Below are positions 25,124 to 35,476 of a stretch of 64,000 bases of DNA, piece after piece. Numbering within the stretch: position 1 is the stretch's first letter; each line of letters starts with the position of its first letter. A program made the position numbers and the translations under genes. Source of the stretch: a virus (Duplodnaviria > Caudoviricetes). Location: positions 1 to 64,000 of the IMG/VR virus record IMGVR_UViG_3300033074_001783; one strand, 5' to 3'. Below the pieces are notes generated by a model. The model did not search any database and was not told where the DNA came from. It was given only the letters and a program-made list of their open reading frames with translations.

Positions 25124-25882
25124 TCAAAGAGGAGGCAGTGGTTCGTTGGTCTGTGCTGAGTTTACCTGCTGAATACCAGCAAGCTGCATAGCAAGTCTGC
25201 TCGCTACTTTGTCAGGGTCGTTGGTTTGATCCAGTTTTGCTAAAATGTGTTCTTTTTTCCTCTTTATGAATTCTTGCATGTCTTCCTCATCAATACCCAT
25301 TGAACTTGCAATTTCATGAAAGATATGAATAAATTGATCAAGCATATGACCTTGAACTTGGTTGACATTTGCTTGAGCACCAAAGTCATCTTGACCCCAA
25401 AATTCTGCTTGATCGCGCTCTGAATCAAGTGCCATTTGTTGATCAATCTCGTCTCCGTGACCATCAATGCCACCAAAACCAGCTTCTTGTACTTGTTTGA
25501 CTTTTTTGGGTTTTGATTTTCCGCCAAGGTCTTTCACTTTGCTTCTGGCATCTTGACGAGATCTAAACCAACCTTGGTGGGTTTTTTCATCGTCATGAAC
25601 GTCATGCCCACCGAACTCTGATTTGGAGATGTTTTTACGTTGAGAAATTTCTTCAAGATCTTTGTTTGATGATTTGCCTTTTCCAAGGTCTTTCACTTTG
25701 GCTCTTGCATCTTCTCTGTTTTTAAACCATCCTACGGTTTCGCCTTTGTCATCTTTGACATCGTGCCCACCGTATTCTGACTTGGCCATGTTTTTACGCT
25801 GAGACGCTTCACCAAGTTCTTCTTTGATAAGAGATGAAAGCAGAGAACGGAATTCTTTGAGGGTAATTTTCTTTGTCGCCAT
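25124..25882 (-). CDS. Putative internal virion protein with an internal tandem duplication
   Basis: Leader KKITLKEFRSLL..LIKEE; two ~45-aa SQRKN..GGHDV..GWF..KVKDLG repeats. Confidence 0.7.
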   Translation of the reverse strand: MATKKITLKEFRSLLSSLIKEELGEASQRKNMAKSEYGGHDVKDDKGETVGWFKNREDARAKVKDLGKGKSSNKDLEEISQRKNISKSEFGGHDVHDDEKTHQGWFRSRQDARSKVKDLGGKSKPKKVKQVQEAGFGGIDGHGDEIDQQMALDSERDQAEFWGQDDFGAQANVNQVQGHMLDQFIHIFHEIASSMGIDEEDMQEFIKRKKEHILAKLDQTNDPDKVASRLAMQLAGIQQVNSAQTNEPLPPL

Positions 25883-25896
25883 GCCGATTAAATAGC

Positions 25897-26736
25897 TCAG
25901 AAATTCAGTTTGTCATGTTGGTTTTTGTGGCAGGACTCACACAACACAATGCCGGAGATATTGTTCTGGATGTGATATTCGGCAACAGCATCAGAGATTT
26001 TATCTTTTAACGCTATTAGCTCTTGATTGTCTTTTTCAAGAGATGTTGCCAAATTATCTGACCAACAAAATGCAGAGGCAATCTTTCTCAATATTTCAGA
26101 GAAAGTTTCTCCGTCGTGGTGTACCTCAAGACCCCTTGAATTGTCACATATGGAACATTTGAAATTTGCCATTAGCAACTTTGGATATTTCCAATCGTTG
26201 TAAAGCCTACGATTGGCATGGCAGAAATGATTCAACGGACTTATTCCTCCTTGCCATTGTGAATGCTGTTCTTTACGGAGAGTTGGGATGGTGCCATCCA
26301 TTCTGTTACGCTTCATTCTTTCACTTCTTGCCAAACATTCTTCTTGGTTGTTGTTGATTGTTTTGGATGCTTTTCTACCTGATTCAGCCACACGTTCATC
26401 TGTTTCTTTAGTTAAACCTTTGGACCAAGGAACATAGACCCCGTTGTTCCAGTTTTCTCTTCTGACGGCTTGGCTCTTGAGCAGCGCTTCTTGGTTGTGT
26501 CCCCAGTTGTTGTTAACACGAGAAGCATGACCTTGTTGATATTCACTAAAACCACGGGTTATATCAAGATATTTCACTGCTCCACCGCAGCCACATTTAC
26601 AGGTTGGCTCTATCCCAAAAAGAAAATGTGCAACATAAAAATCTTTAGAAGATTTTTGGTGGGTTTTTCTATAGTGGATAGAGGTTGATAGGAGGGAATC
26701 GTAACTTTTGTCACAGTCAGGGCATTTGATCTTCAT
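25897..26736 (-). CDS. HNH homing endonuclease with N-terminal Zn finger
   Basis: CPDC..H..H; CKCGCG; PWSKGLTKETDERV; CSIC..LEVHH..LCESCH. Confidence 0.8.
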   Translation of the reverse strand: MKIKCPDCDKSYDSLLSTSIHYRKTHQKSSKDFYVAHFLFGIEPTCKCGCGGAVKYLDITRGFSEYQQGHASRVNNNWGHNQEALLKSQAVRRENWNNGVYVPWSKGLTKETDERVAESGRKASKTINNNQEECLARSERMKRNRMDGTIPTLRKEQHSQWQGGISPLNHFCHANRRLYNDWKYPKLLMANFKCSICDNSRGLEVHHDGETFSEILRKIASAFCWSDNLATSLEKDNQELIALKDKISDAVAEYHIQNNISGIVLCESCHKNQHDKLNF

Positions 26737-26792
26737 GGAATGAAGAATAGACCTGTAGGCTGTGTTGTATAGACACTATGAGTTTTGACTGC

Positions 26793-27281
26793 TCAGTATT
26801 GTAAAACGGCGTTATCAAAGCGAATCGTAAGAGAGATTTCCACCAAGTCTGAACCTTCGTAGGTCACATCGTTGAAGTTTGCTTCTGTGATGAAAGCGCC
26901 TTTGATATCCCAAAGTTCAATAATGGTTCCAACTGGATCTGTCATTCTCAGTTGAATGTCTCTTTTGTAGAAATCGGCATAACCGGCTCTACCGGACACT
27001 GACTCATAGTGCAACCTGATCCATTCCATAACCTGTTGAGCGCCAGAAGGTGCAACGGGATCGTGCAATGTAACGGTCATTGTGCCGAATGTGGTTTTTC
27101 CTGCAACGTATCTTGTTGAGTTAATCCAGTTGATTGGCACTTCCTCGGTTGTGTAAGAAGGTCTTGAAGCTGTTTTAACCAAGAAGGCATCAAGACCTTC
27201 AATGGCAAGAAGGAATTGCCTTTTCGCCTTTGGTTGAAATTTGGCGGGGTTCATGTCCCCAACTGGTATTGCTCTTGCCAT
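26793..27281 (-). CDS. gp19: Tail tube protein, T4 gp19-like
   Basis: RYVAGK, WIRL, WDIKGAF, ISLTIRFD; downstream of the sheath genes. Confidence 0.88.
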   Translation of the reverse strand: MARAIPVGDMNPAKFQPKAKRQFLLAIEGLDAFLVKTASRPSYTTEEVPINWINSTRYVAGKTTFGTMTVTLHDPVAPSGAQQVMEWIRLHYESVSGRAGYADFYKRDIQLRMTDPVGTIIELWDIKGAFITEANFNDVTYEGSDLVEISLTIRFDNAVLQY

Positions 27282-27318
27282 AATGTTTATTCTCTCTTAA
27301 CTAGGTAGCAAGCCTGAA

Positions 27319-28026
27319 TCAACCCTGTCTTTTAATGGGCTGCGACAACCTGTCTCTTTGATAGTCATCTTGAATTTTGTCAATAGAGGTCCAGTTTGGA
27401 GCAAACCTAGCAACAGCTTGAACAGCAGCAGATGATATGGTTTTTTCATCGGCTGTGCCTTGTGGTGTCATTGGAACTCGCATTCCTGTTCTTCCCTGCT
27501 TACCGTTGGCGTCAGTGTAAAAAACATCAAAGCTCTGATCTATTCCCTCATTCAACAGTTTCTCCACAAGGATCTTGGCTGCATCGGTGATGGAGTCGTC
27601 ATTCTTGGAAGCCCATTCCACAAGAGGAGCGTGAACTTTCTCAAGATCTTCCTCTACAAGTGAGCTAACGGTCTTCACGGCTCTGAGAGCTTCAACGCTC
27701 TCTTGAAGGGCTGCTGGGCTATCAGTCTTCCCACCTTTACCAGAGAGTAGCGAGGCGTACGAAAGGACAAGCAACTCCCTCTCGTTAAGCTCCAGTTTAG
27801 CAGGGACTCCAACCTTGGTCCCTGTGCCATACCCAAGAGCTTCAGAAATCTGCTCTTTTGAAGGAACCAGTGCAGGAGCTCTGAGTTCTTCAAGTTTGTT
27901 TTTAACAATTTCGCGTACACGTTCATTGAGCTCACTGACAGTAATTTTCATTGTTTTCTTGCCAGCGGTGTTACGAGCAACGGATTCCTTCACCATTGTT
28001 CTCAGTTGATTTTTTGTGATCTTCAT
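27319..28026 (-). CDS. Putative internal virion protein
   Basis: Duplicated MKITxxQ/EL leader. Confidence 0.65.
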   Translation of the reverse strand: MKITKNQLRTMVKESVARNTAGKKTMKITVSELNERVREIVKNKLEELRAPALVPSKEQISEALGYGTGTKVGVPAKLELNERELLVLSYASLLSGKGGKTDSPAALQESVEALRAVKTVSSLVEEDLEKVHAPLVEWASKNDDSITDAAKILVEKLLNEGIDQSFDVFYTDANGKQGRTGMRVPMTPQGTADEKTISSAAVQAVARFAPNWTSIDKIQDDYQRDRLSQPIKRQG

Positions 28027-28042
28027 TTCCTATTCCTTATCC

Positions 28043-31033
28043 TTAGATAGCCCCAGCGTTTGTAAGTACAAAGTCAAGTGACATAAATTCAACAGATTTT
28101 ATTGGAGATATCCAAATTTCTCCTCTGATTGTGTTGTTTTCTATATCTGCCTGAGTTGTGAGACTGTCATCTATGACCACTCTGTAGTTTTCAATGCCGT
28201 TGAGTGTTTTGACGTTTTTCAACACAGGGTTTACAAGTTGTCTGAACTTCTCCAAAGTAGAATCTTTATTTGGTTCAAAAACAATCTTGTTTGACAGTTT
28301 TCTAATTTGTCTTCTGATGGAAATAAGAAGACGACGGACGTTGATCCTGTTAAAAGAAGACTGTCTAGCCAGAAGGGTCTTCTGTCCCCACACCGCGATA
28401 CCTTCGCCCGCAAAAGAAGCGATTGGGTTGATGTTGACCGAAGCCAGTGTGTCCATGTTCTGTCTTGACAAAGACACAGACAAACTGTCGGTTGTTCGCA
28501 AGGCGCCTCTAGTGAAGCCCGCAGGTGCAAAGTAAGGGTGACCAACAGAATCATTGATACCGAAAGCACCAAGAACCATTACGGAAGGTGGAACTTGTGT
28601 TACTGTTCCGTTGTAAGAATCTCTAATGTTTCCATCTGGGAAATATGTTGCAACGAAACTTGAATTCAAACCTCTGTTTCTGAAACTTGCCGCAGTGTTT
28701 TTCACGCTTGGCAACTGTGTGTCACTCGTGACAACTGCGTTGTTTATGTCTCTTACTTCAAGATCCATTATGTACAAAGCATCAAATCTATTTTCTGCTG
28801 TTCTGATCGCAAGATCTGTCAGTTGTGAATGCCTGATTCCCGGCATTGCAAGAAGCTGAATGTCTACCTCGGAAGTGTCCGACAATATTTCTAATGCTTT
28901 TGTGTATGCTTTTACAGAAGGTCCGTTTGTTTGACCTCTTGATGGATATGACATCTCTTCTGTGACAGAGGAGTTGTTCAATTCATTCGCGTTCTGGTTG
29001 AACGACAAAGTTCCATTAAATCCACCTTCAACAAAGAATGAAAACTTGGCGATCTGTCTGACGCTTGGGTCCAACAGGTCTGTTATGTTCAAACCTCTTG
29101 TAAGAGCAGAGGTGTCTCTTGTGATGTTTCCCGCTCTAACATAAGACCAGTTTTGCAACTGACCAACATCAGGCAAATCTGTTGTGGCATTGTATACCAC
29201 TTTAATTTTTTCAAGAGAGAAAGCGTTGTTGTTGAAACGATCTGCGTCAAGGATGCTGTTTTCTGCTGTATCCGCAACCCCTTCATTGTCACGCACGACC
29301 ATGTTTTGCCAGATTGTTTGGAAGTTGGGGTAATACTTCACAAAAGAAGCAAGACTTGTGTTTGGGCGTGTGCTTGCGTTTGTTTCCAAAGCACTGTTGA
29401 TTTGTTCAAACTGAACACCCCAATAAAGATTGCGATCTGTTGTTTGTGAAGCGCCCAATCCTTTGGCCAAGTTGAGTCTCATTGGCACAGGAGGTTGAAC
29501 CATTTTTCTCAATGGGTCTGAAACATCCAAATAGGCTGCGTCGGACATCGCCGCGAAGACAGCACTTCCAGAAGTAACAAGGTGCTGAGATCCTCTAAAT
29601 CCCATTGGCAACGCAGTTGGGTTTGTTTCACCGTTTTTAACGTTTTCAGACATCTCAACGCGAATATATTTTGAACGAACCGGATAATCACCATCTGTGA
29701 TTAACTTCTGGCGTTTCTCAGAGGCATCAAAATTGAAATACGTGTGAAGGTCTCCGATGACTTTCGCAATGTACCTTGGAGACTTTGGATCAAGGCTCAG
29801 GCCACGCCAAGGTTCAAGAATTGTTTTAGCGGAATCAACATCTCCAAACGAACGAACAATCAAATCAAAATACCCATACAAATATGTGTCAGTGTTTGAT
29901 GGAACAATGTTTTCTATTGAAATTTTTACCGGCTCACTGGCACCATCGCTTGTAAGCCACACTTTAAACAAGTTTTCCTTGGCCCCACCAAAATTTTGCG
30001 AGAATACCCAAGGAGAGCTTGCAGTCCTATAGCGGTCTTCAAAGTTTTCAAAGTTTGGAACTGTTGCAGAACCAACATTTCTATTCAAAGAACTTGTTGC
30101 AAGAAATGCAATGTTTTCATAACCGTTTGAGTGAACGGCACCAGAAAGGGCAGGAATATAACCAGAACCAGTAACCACGCCCACACTTGGATGAATATCA
30201 AACCAAGAGTAAAGCAAGTGGCCCGCCTCTTCCATTGAATAAGGGTCTGTGTTCAAAACATTTGGGAAATAGTTTGCAGATGAAATATCAAAAGAAGCTG
30301 TAACAACTCTTGGATATCTGGCCGTACCTTTGTGACCATTGAAAAGCAAAACAAACTCTTGCTTACCATTGGTTAGATCAACAGAACCAGAGTGGAATCC
30401 TTGCAAATATCCTGCTTCTGCGCCCTCTGTGTCAATCGCCCCAAGAACAGAACTGACATTTGTGGCAGAAAGAGCCGGGATTACGCCCGACGCAGCAAAC
30501 AAAACTCCTCTCAAAATGACAGGCGTAGCTCCAAGACCCGCATCTGTAAAATGAGAAGATGAAACACTTTGACTCATGCATGTAGCAAGCATGTATGTTC
30601 TGCCGGGAGATCCAAAACCACCAGCGGAACCAGACAGTGTTGCGTATGCGTTGTTACCAAGTGCACCAGACAAAGAAGCTTGTGGCTGTTGTGCGCCAAC
30701 TACAAAACCAGCGTTTGTTACTTTGCCAGCATTGTTGCCGCTTGTGGTTCTGGCTGTGGCATCGCCAACTCCCAAAACTCTAAGTTGAAGAAAAGATTTC
30801 TGCGTTGCCAACCACTCCTTAGCTGAAAGGGGACCAAATTTAGATCCATCTTGAGGAGGACCAAAAATAGTCATATAGTCTGGCATTGTTCCAACTGTGA
30901 TTGGAACGAATGCAGGACCTTTAAGTGTTGTTGAAATTACAGCAGCAGGAATACCAGTTGGCTCTGCTTGTGTAGGACCAGTTTCATCTATTTCGCGTGC
31001 TGTTATCCCCGCGCTATGGAATGTTTGAGACAT
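28043..31033 (-). CDS. gp18: Tail sheath protein (copy 2)
   Basis: N-term SAGITAREID..GPAFVP; C-term FAPAGFTRG, INPI, WGQKT, RINVRRLL. Confidence 0.9.
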   Translation of the reverse strand: MSQTFHSAGITAREIDETGPTQAEPTGIPAAVISTTLKGPAFVPITVGTMPDYMTIFGPPQDGSKFGPLSAKEWLATQKSFLQLRVLGVGDATARTTSGNNAGKVTNAGFVVGAQQPQASLSGALGNNAYATLSGSAGGFGSPGRTYMLATCMSQSVSSSHFTDAGLGATPVILRGVLFAASGVIPALSATNVSSVLGAIDTEGAEAGYLQGFHSGSVDLTNGKQEFVLLFNGHKGTARYPRVVTASFDISSANYFPNVLNTDPYSMEEAGHLLYSWFDIHPSVGVVTGSGYIPALSGAVHSNGYENIAFLATSSLNRNVGSATVPNFENFEDRYRTASSPWVFSQNFGGAKENLFKVWLTSDGASEPVKISIENIVPSNTDTYLYGYFDLIVRSFGDVDSAKTILEPWRGLSLDPKSPRYIAKVIGDLHTYFNFDASEKRQKLITDGDYPVRSKYIRVEMSENVKNGETNPTALPMGFRGSQHLVTSGSAVFAAMSDAAYLDVSDPLRKMVQPPVPMRLNLAKGLGASQTTDRNLYWGVQFEQINSALETNASTRPNTSLASFVKYYPNFQTIWQNMVVRDNEGVADTAENSILDADRFNNNAFSLEKIKVVYNATTDLPDVGQLQNWSYVRAGNITRDTSALTRGLNITDLLDPSVRQIAKFSFFVEGGFNGTLSFNQNANELNNSSVTEEMSYPSRGQTNGPSVKAYTKALEILSDTSEVDIQLLAMPGIRHSQLTDLAIRTAENRFDALYIMDLEVRDINNAVVTSDTQLPSVKNTAASFRNRGLNSSFVATYFPDGNIRDSYNGTVTQVPPSVMVLGAFGINDSVGHPYFAPAGFTRGALRTTDSLSVSLSRQNMDTLASVNINPIASFAGEGIAVWGQKTLLARQSSFNRINVRRLLISIRRQIRKLSNKIVFEPNKDSTLEKFRQLVNPVLKNVKTLNGIENYRVVIDDSLTTQADIENNTIRGEIWISPIKSVEFMSLDFVLTNAGAI

Positions 31034-31084
31034 CAATTGCTCCAGTTGCCTTATAGATAGTTAGCTGCTGGAGATTAAAAAGAC

Positions 31085-31116
31085 ATTGTTGAGACGGCTT
31101 TTGCCGTCTCAACAAT
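31085..31116 (-). terminator. Hairpin/terminator between the two sheath genes
   Basis: 14-bp perfect stem ATTGTTGAGACGGC/GCCGTCTCAACAAT followed by a T run on the - strand. Confidence 0.7.
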
Positions 31117-31126
31117 TTTGGCTGTT

Positions 31127-34100
31127 TCAGATGAAGGTAACGCCAGAGGGCGTCACAATGAAGTCAATGAAAATTCTTTCAATTGATCTAACCGGCACAA
31201 AGGAAATTCTGCCGTTCATTTTGTTGTTGTTGGCATCTACAGAAGAGTTGTTCGTGTCGTCGCAAATGATTTTAAATCTTTCAATTCCTTGTTTGACTTG
31301 AATCATTGACAAACCAGCCGCAGCGTTTGTTGTAAAACGATCATAAAGATCTGGTGTTATGTTGTCAAACTCCAATTTCATAGCGACTGAAACAACAATT
31401 CTTTTTACTTCCAACACCATGCGTTTAATGTTGATTGAGTTCAAAGCGCTTTTTGCCAATTTACCTGTTTTTTGAGAAGAAATGACATATCCTTCTCCGG
31501 GGAATTTGGTAATAGGATTTATCCTTGATTCGTACAACCTATCTCTTTCATCATTGTTGATACGAGTTTGTGTCATGCGAACAAAGTCAAGAGCAGCGCG
31601 GTTGAATCCAGCAGGAGCCCACCAAGGATAAGCCACTTTGTCGTTATAGGCCAAAGCACTCAACGCGCCAACAGAAGCAGGAACGGTTACTCGTCTACCA
31701 CCAGAAACATCATCCATGACGATGTTTGGGAAGTAAAATCCGCTTGCGTCTTTGTCAACCACGCGGTTATCAAAGCTTTCTGCGGTTTTTTCTACGTCTA
31801 TGAATCTACCAATTTCTGTATCAAAAATACGGATACTGTTGAAATCATAGTATGGAATATCGGTTACAGTCATCGCCAATTGATGTTCTGTTTGGATTTT
31901 GTCCAAAGCATAATCAACAACAAGAGGATCTCTTACACCCGGAATTGCAAAAATGTTTGCGTTGTTGATGTAAGGATCTGCCATGATGTTGCAAGCTACC
32001 CTATAAGACGACACGGCGTTGTTGTCTATCCCTATTCCGCCGTAGTTTACACCTGTGGTTGCGCCGGGAGAAGTGTAACTTGCGTGAGCACAACCGTATC
32101 CAGCAGAACTAGATTCAGTTGAAGTAGCACGGTCATTAAATCTTGCAGCAGACTTGTCAAATATGTTGTAACCATTCCATCCACCGAACAATGGCACAGT
32201 GAATTTCGCGTAGTCAGAAAAACGGTTAAAATTTGCCATCTGAGATGTGTTGGTGTAACCGCCGTAAGCCGCAAGAGAAGCAAGTGTTAATCTATCACCC
32301 CAAACACCATCTGTTATGGTGTAAGAAGAAGGATTTACAACTCCGTTACGAATATAAGCGGCTTCCTTCATGTGTTGTTCCGCTGAACCTGTGAGGTTCG
32401 CAAAACTTGTTGTTGACAGAGCCACTCTGGCCAACGTAAATTTGTTGTCGTTAAAACTGTCGGCAAAAGAGCCTGTTACCAACACATCCAATTTTTCTAT
32501 ACCGAGAAATTTTGTGTAGGCAGATACCAATGGGTTTGGTTCGTTTGCAACGTTTGGATTTCCGATGTTGGAAATCCTTTCGTACTTCACGCCCCAAAAC
32601 AGTCTTGAATCTACTATTTCTCCTGCGCCGGGATGTCCCGTAAACGAAGGTGATGTATTAACCTCTCCTCTTGTAACTTTGAAACGATAAGGCAGAGGAG
32701 GCACAATGGAACCTAATACCGCCTTGGCTCCTGTCAAAAATGATCCTGACACGCCGAGTCTAGCTGGTATTGCTGCAACGTTTGTGTCGGTCAAAGAGGT
32801 GTTCGTGTTCAACACGTTCACTCCTCTGTTTCCGAATGGAAGACAGGGTGCAGGTACTTGTTTTCTTTCAACCGCATCTGTCATTTCAATACGGATAAAC
32901 TTGGATTTATTTGGATACTTGCCTGTAGCAACAAGCCTGCGATCATCTTCGTTGTCCACATCAAAATTGTAGTAAACTTTTTTATCACCAATAATTTTAG
33001 CAATGTAATTGTCAGAATTTGGATCAATGGACAGGTTCGTAAACTGCTCAAGAACAATTGGGTCAAAATCCGTGTCGGAAAAATCTCTGACAATCAAAGA
33101 AAATGTTCCGTATTGGTTTTGTGGATCTGTGTTCAGTTTCAAAGAAGAAATACCAATTTTGTATTTTCCGTTTGCCGCTTCCCCATCATCTATCGCTTCT
33201 ACTCTAAAAAGATCATACTCCACTCCACCAAAGGGTTGAGAAATAAACATTGGTGTTTTTGGGGTAGTGAAACGTGTATCAAAACGACCATATGCATCTC
33301 TCATTGTGAGAGAACCAAGGCCGGAAGTGGCAGAAGTTAAACTTGTTCCAGACAAGATCAACACGGCATTCGCGTCTGGGATTGCACCTGACGCAACGGA
33401 GGCTATTTCGTTGTCAACCGCGAAATCAGCATAAAGCAAATGCTTTTCAACAGAAAAACGTTCTGGATCTGTGTTCAAAATTTTACCAACATAATCTGTG
33501 CTGTTGGGGTTCAGCGACGCGGTGTAGATCTTGACTCCAGCGAATCCATCTGTTGTGGCAAACGTGCTACCAGCCGAAGAAGACAAAACCAATTTGAATT
33601 TTCTGTAGGTTGCATTGGTTGATGTGTCGTCAATGGATGCACCATCGTCCACAAGCGGACCGAAAGTCTCGTTTGTGTCCAACACCATAAAGCGTGCATC
33701 TGATGTTGTAAACAAAACTGCTCTTACAAGGTTTGCAACACTGCCAGCCAATGAATAACTTGAGTTGTCGGTAAACATTGGATAGCAAAACGCTTCTGAT
33801 GCGCTAACAATGTGACGTGCTGCCAAAAACTGCACTGCGCCTGCGTGTCTGCCATCCGGCAAACCAACAACCGAACCAGTTACTTGCATACCAGCGTTGC
33901 GCACGGTGCCAGCAAGACGTGTTGTTTCCATGTGAGCGCTCGTGCGGTTGGCTCCTGCGCCAAGAACACGCAAAAATGTCACCGCACGGCCTCTGTCAAG
34001 AATTTGTTTGGCGGCGTAACCGACGGGATATTTTGGATCAAGATTTCCATTTGACTCAATGAAATCTTCTGTGGAACCAAATGTCATGGGAACAAATGCA

Positions 34101-34216
34101 CGACCTTTTTCTGAAGGTCCCACAAGTGCGTAAGGAATTCCTGTTGGCGTAACAACGCGACCTGAGAGATCTATCTCACGATCGTAGTACCCCGGTGATA
34201 TTGAATTTTGAGTCAT
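31127..34216 (-). CDS. gp18: Tail sheath protein (copy 1)
   Basis: SPGYYDREID..GRAFVP; WAPAGFNR, INPI, SQKT, INIKRM. Confidence 0.9.
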   Translation of the reverse strand: MTQNSISPGYYDREIDLSGRVVTPTGIPYALVGPSEKGRAFVPMTFGSTEDFIESNGNLDPKYPVGYAAKQILDRGRAVTFLRVLGAGANRTSAHMETTRLAGTVRNAGMQVTGSVVGLPDGRHAGAVQFLAARHIVSASEAFCYPMFTDNSSYSLAGSVANLVRAVLFTTSDARFMVLDTNETFGPLVDDGASIDDTSTNATYRKFKLVLSSSAGSTFATTDGFAGVKIYTASLNPNSTDYVGKILNTDPERFSVEKHLLYADFAVDNEIASVASGAIPDANAVLILSGTSLTSATSGLGSLTMRDAYGRFDTRFTTPKTPMFISQPFGGVEYDLFRVEAIDDGEAANGKYKIGISSLKLNTDPQNQYGTFSLIVRDFSDTDFDPIVLEQFTNLSIDPNSDNYIAKIIGDKKVYYNFDVDNEDDRRLVATGKYPNKSKFIRIEMTDAVERKQVPAPCLPFGNRGVNVLNTNTSLTDTNVAAIPARLGVSGSFLTGAKAVLGSIVPPLPYRFKVTRGEVNTSPSFTGHPGAGEIVDSRLFWGVKYERISNIGNPNVANEPNPLVSAYTKFLGIEKLDVLVTGSFADSFNDNKFTLARVALSTTSFANLTGSAEQHMKEAAYIRNGVVNPSSYTITDGVWGDRLTLASLAAYGGYTNTSQMANFNRFSDYAKFTVPLFGGWNGYNIFDKSAARFNDRATSTESSSAGYGCAHASYTSPGATTGVNYGGIGIDNNAVSSYRVACNIMADPYINNANIFAIPGVRDPLVVDYALDKIQTEHQLAMTVTDIPYYDFNSIRIFDTEIGRFIDVEKTAESFDNRVVDKDASGFYFPNIVMDDVSGGRRVTVPASVGALSALAYNDKVAYPWWAPAGFNRAALDFVRMTQTRINNDERDRLYESRINPITKFPGEGYVISSQKTGKLAKSALNSINIKRMVLEVKRIVVSVAMKLEFDNITPDLYDRFTTNAAAGLSMIQVKQGIERFKIICDDTNNSSVDANNNKMNGRISFVPVRSIERIFIDFIVTPSGVTFI

Positions 34217-34279
34217 CGTTTGCACCTCTTATTTTATCTGTCAGTAATAGTTAGCCGCTTCGCTTTGCGAATACCTTGG

Positions 34280-35467
34280 CTATCTTGATTTGTTTAATGA
34301 AAGCAAAAACGAATCAAGCGTTTCAATATCAGGAGCCGTATAAATTGTCTCCCCCTGCCTTCTTGGGGTGTTGATCAACTGAATATATTTAATTTGTTTT
34401 TCACCTGTGATTGGATCTGTTATTTCTTTTGCGATACTTCGTTCACTCAAACTGGTGGGTCGTTGTTTTGTTTCTTCGTCCGGTTGTATCTCTGTCAGAT
34501 CAAATGATTTTTTGGTTTTATTCAGTGATTTTTCATTTTGTACATCTGCTCCTTCAAAAACATCAAAAGATATTTGTGGCGCAGAAATATAACTTTTAAC
34601 TGCATGTGCTGTACCGGGAGCGTCTGTTGCAATAATGTAAGCTTTGACTTTTAAAGTAAAAGTGTAACGAACAATTCTTTTGTCTTCTGTATAGTCTTCT
34701 TCGTTACCATCGTTGTTGAAAGTTTCGTCAACATCTGCGATAAACCAATATCCTTTTTCAGTTGTAACAACAAATCCGCGCCTTTGTGGCAAAAAGTTGG
34801 CAAACATTGTTTCAATCATGTAGTTCATGTGACGACGATGCAAAGTCCAAAAAACTATTTCATAATTTGCCGTATAGTATTGTGGAGAAGGAATGGTGAT
34901 TATCTCAAAAATGTTGTTTGCTATGTCTGGTTGTAACAACATGCCTTGTCTTGCAGCCAAAGAAGGTAAATCATTTTCTCTCCTTGAGTTATCGCCATCG
35001 CTTGTGTTGACAAGAGAAAACTTGTTAAGAAAATTTTGATATTTTTTGTCTTTGGAATTCAAACGTCTCTTAACCACAATGTTGCCAGTCATTTGGTTAA
35101 TCCCTCTTCCAGTTATATCTTCGTCCGTTTGCTCTATGCCTGTTCTACGAATTGCAATTGCAGGAAGAACCAAAGCACCGTTTGTGTCTTTTATTGGTCT
35201 CAAACGTTTTACAGAGGCAAATCTTTCCCCTCCAGCAAATACAACAAATGGTTTGTTTAACTGTAGAAAACTCTGTTTGCCTTTTATTTCTCTGGGTGTG
35301 TAGCCGATTTCTTTTTCAAACAGATTAAACACAGCTTCGTCAACATCAGTCAGATCACAAGAAGGAACGTGGTAATCACTTACCAAGCCTTCTGTGTTGC
35401 CATATCCCGTTGGCATGTGGGATTGAGTTGAGGTTGGATCTTGTTGGATGGTTTGTCGTGTAGTCAC
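34280..35467 (-). CDS. Tail completion/terminator-like protein (T4 gp15-like)
   Basis: Position upstream of the sheaths; GERF, LPAIAIRR, RIVRYTFTLKVKAY. Confidence 0.6.
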   Translation of the reverse strand: MTTRQTIQQDPTSTQSHMPTGYGNTEGLVSDYHVPSCDLTDVDEAVFNLFEKEIGYTPREIKGKQSFLQLNKPFVVFAGGERFASVKRLRPIKDTNGALVLPAIAIRRTGIEQTDEDITGRGINQMTGNIVVKRRLNSKDKKYQNFLNKFSLVNTSDGDNSRRENDLPSLAARQGMLLQPDIANNIFEIITIPSPQYYTANYEIVFWTLHRRHMNYMIETMFANFLPQRRGFVVTTEKGYWFIADVDETFNNDGNEEDYTEDKRIVRYTFTLKVKAYIIATDAPGTAHAVKSYISAPQISFDVFEGADVQNEKSLNKTKKSFDLTEIQPDEETKQRPTSLSERSIAKEITDPITGEKQIKYIQLINTPRRQGETIYTAPDIETLDSFLLSLNKSR

Positions 35468-35476
35468 AACAAGTAA

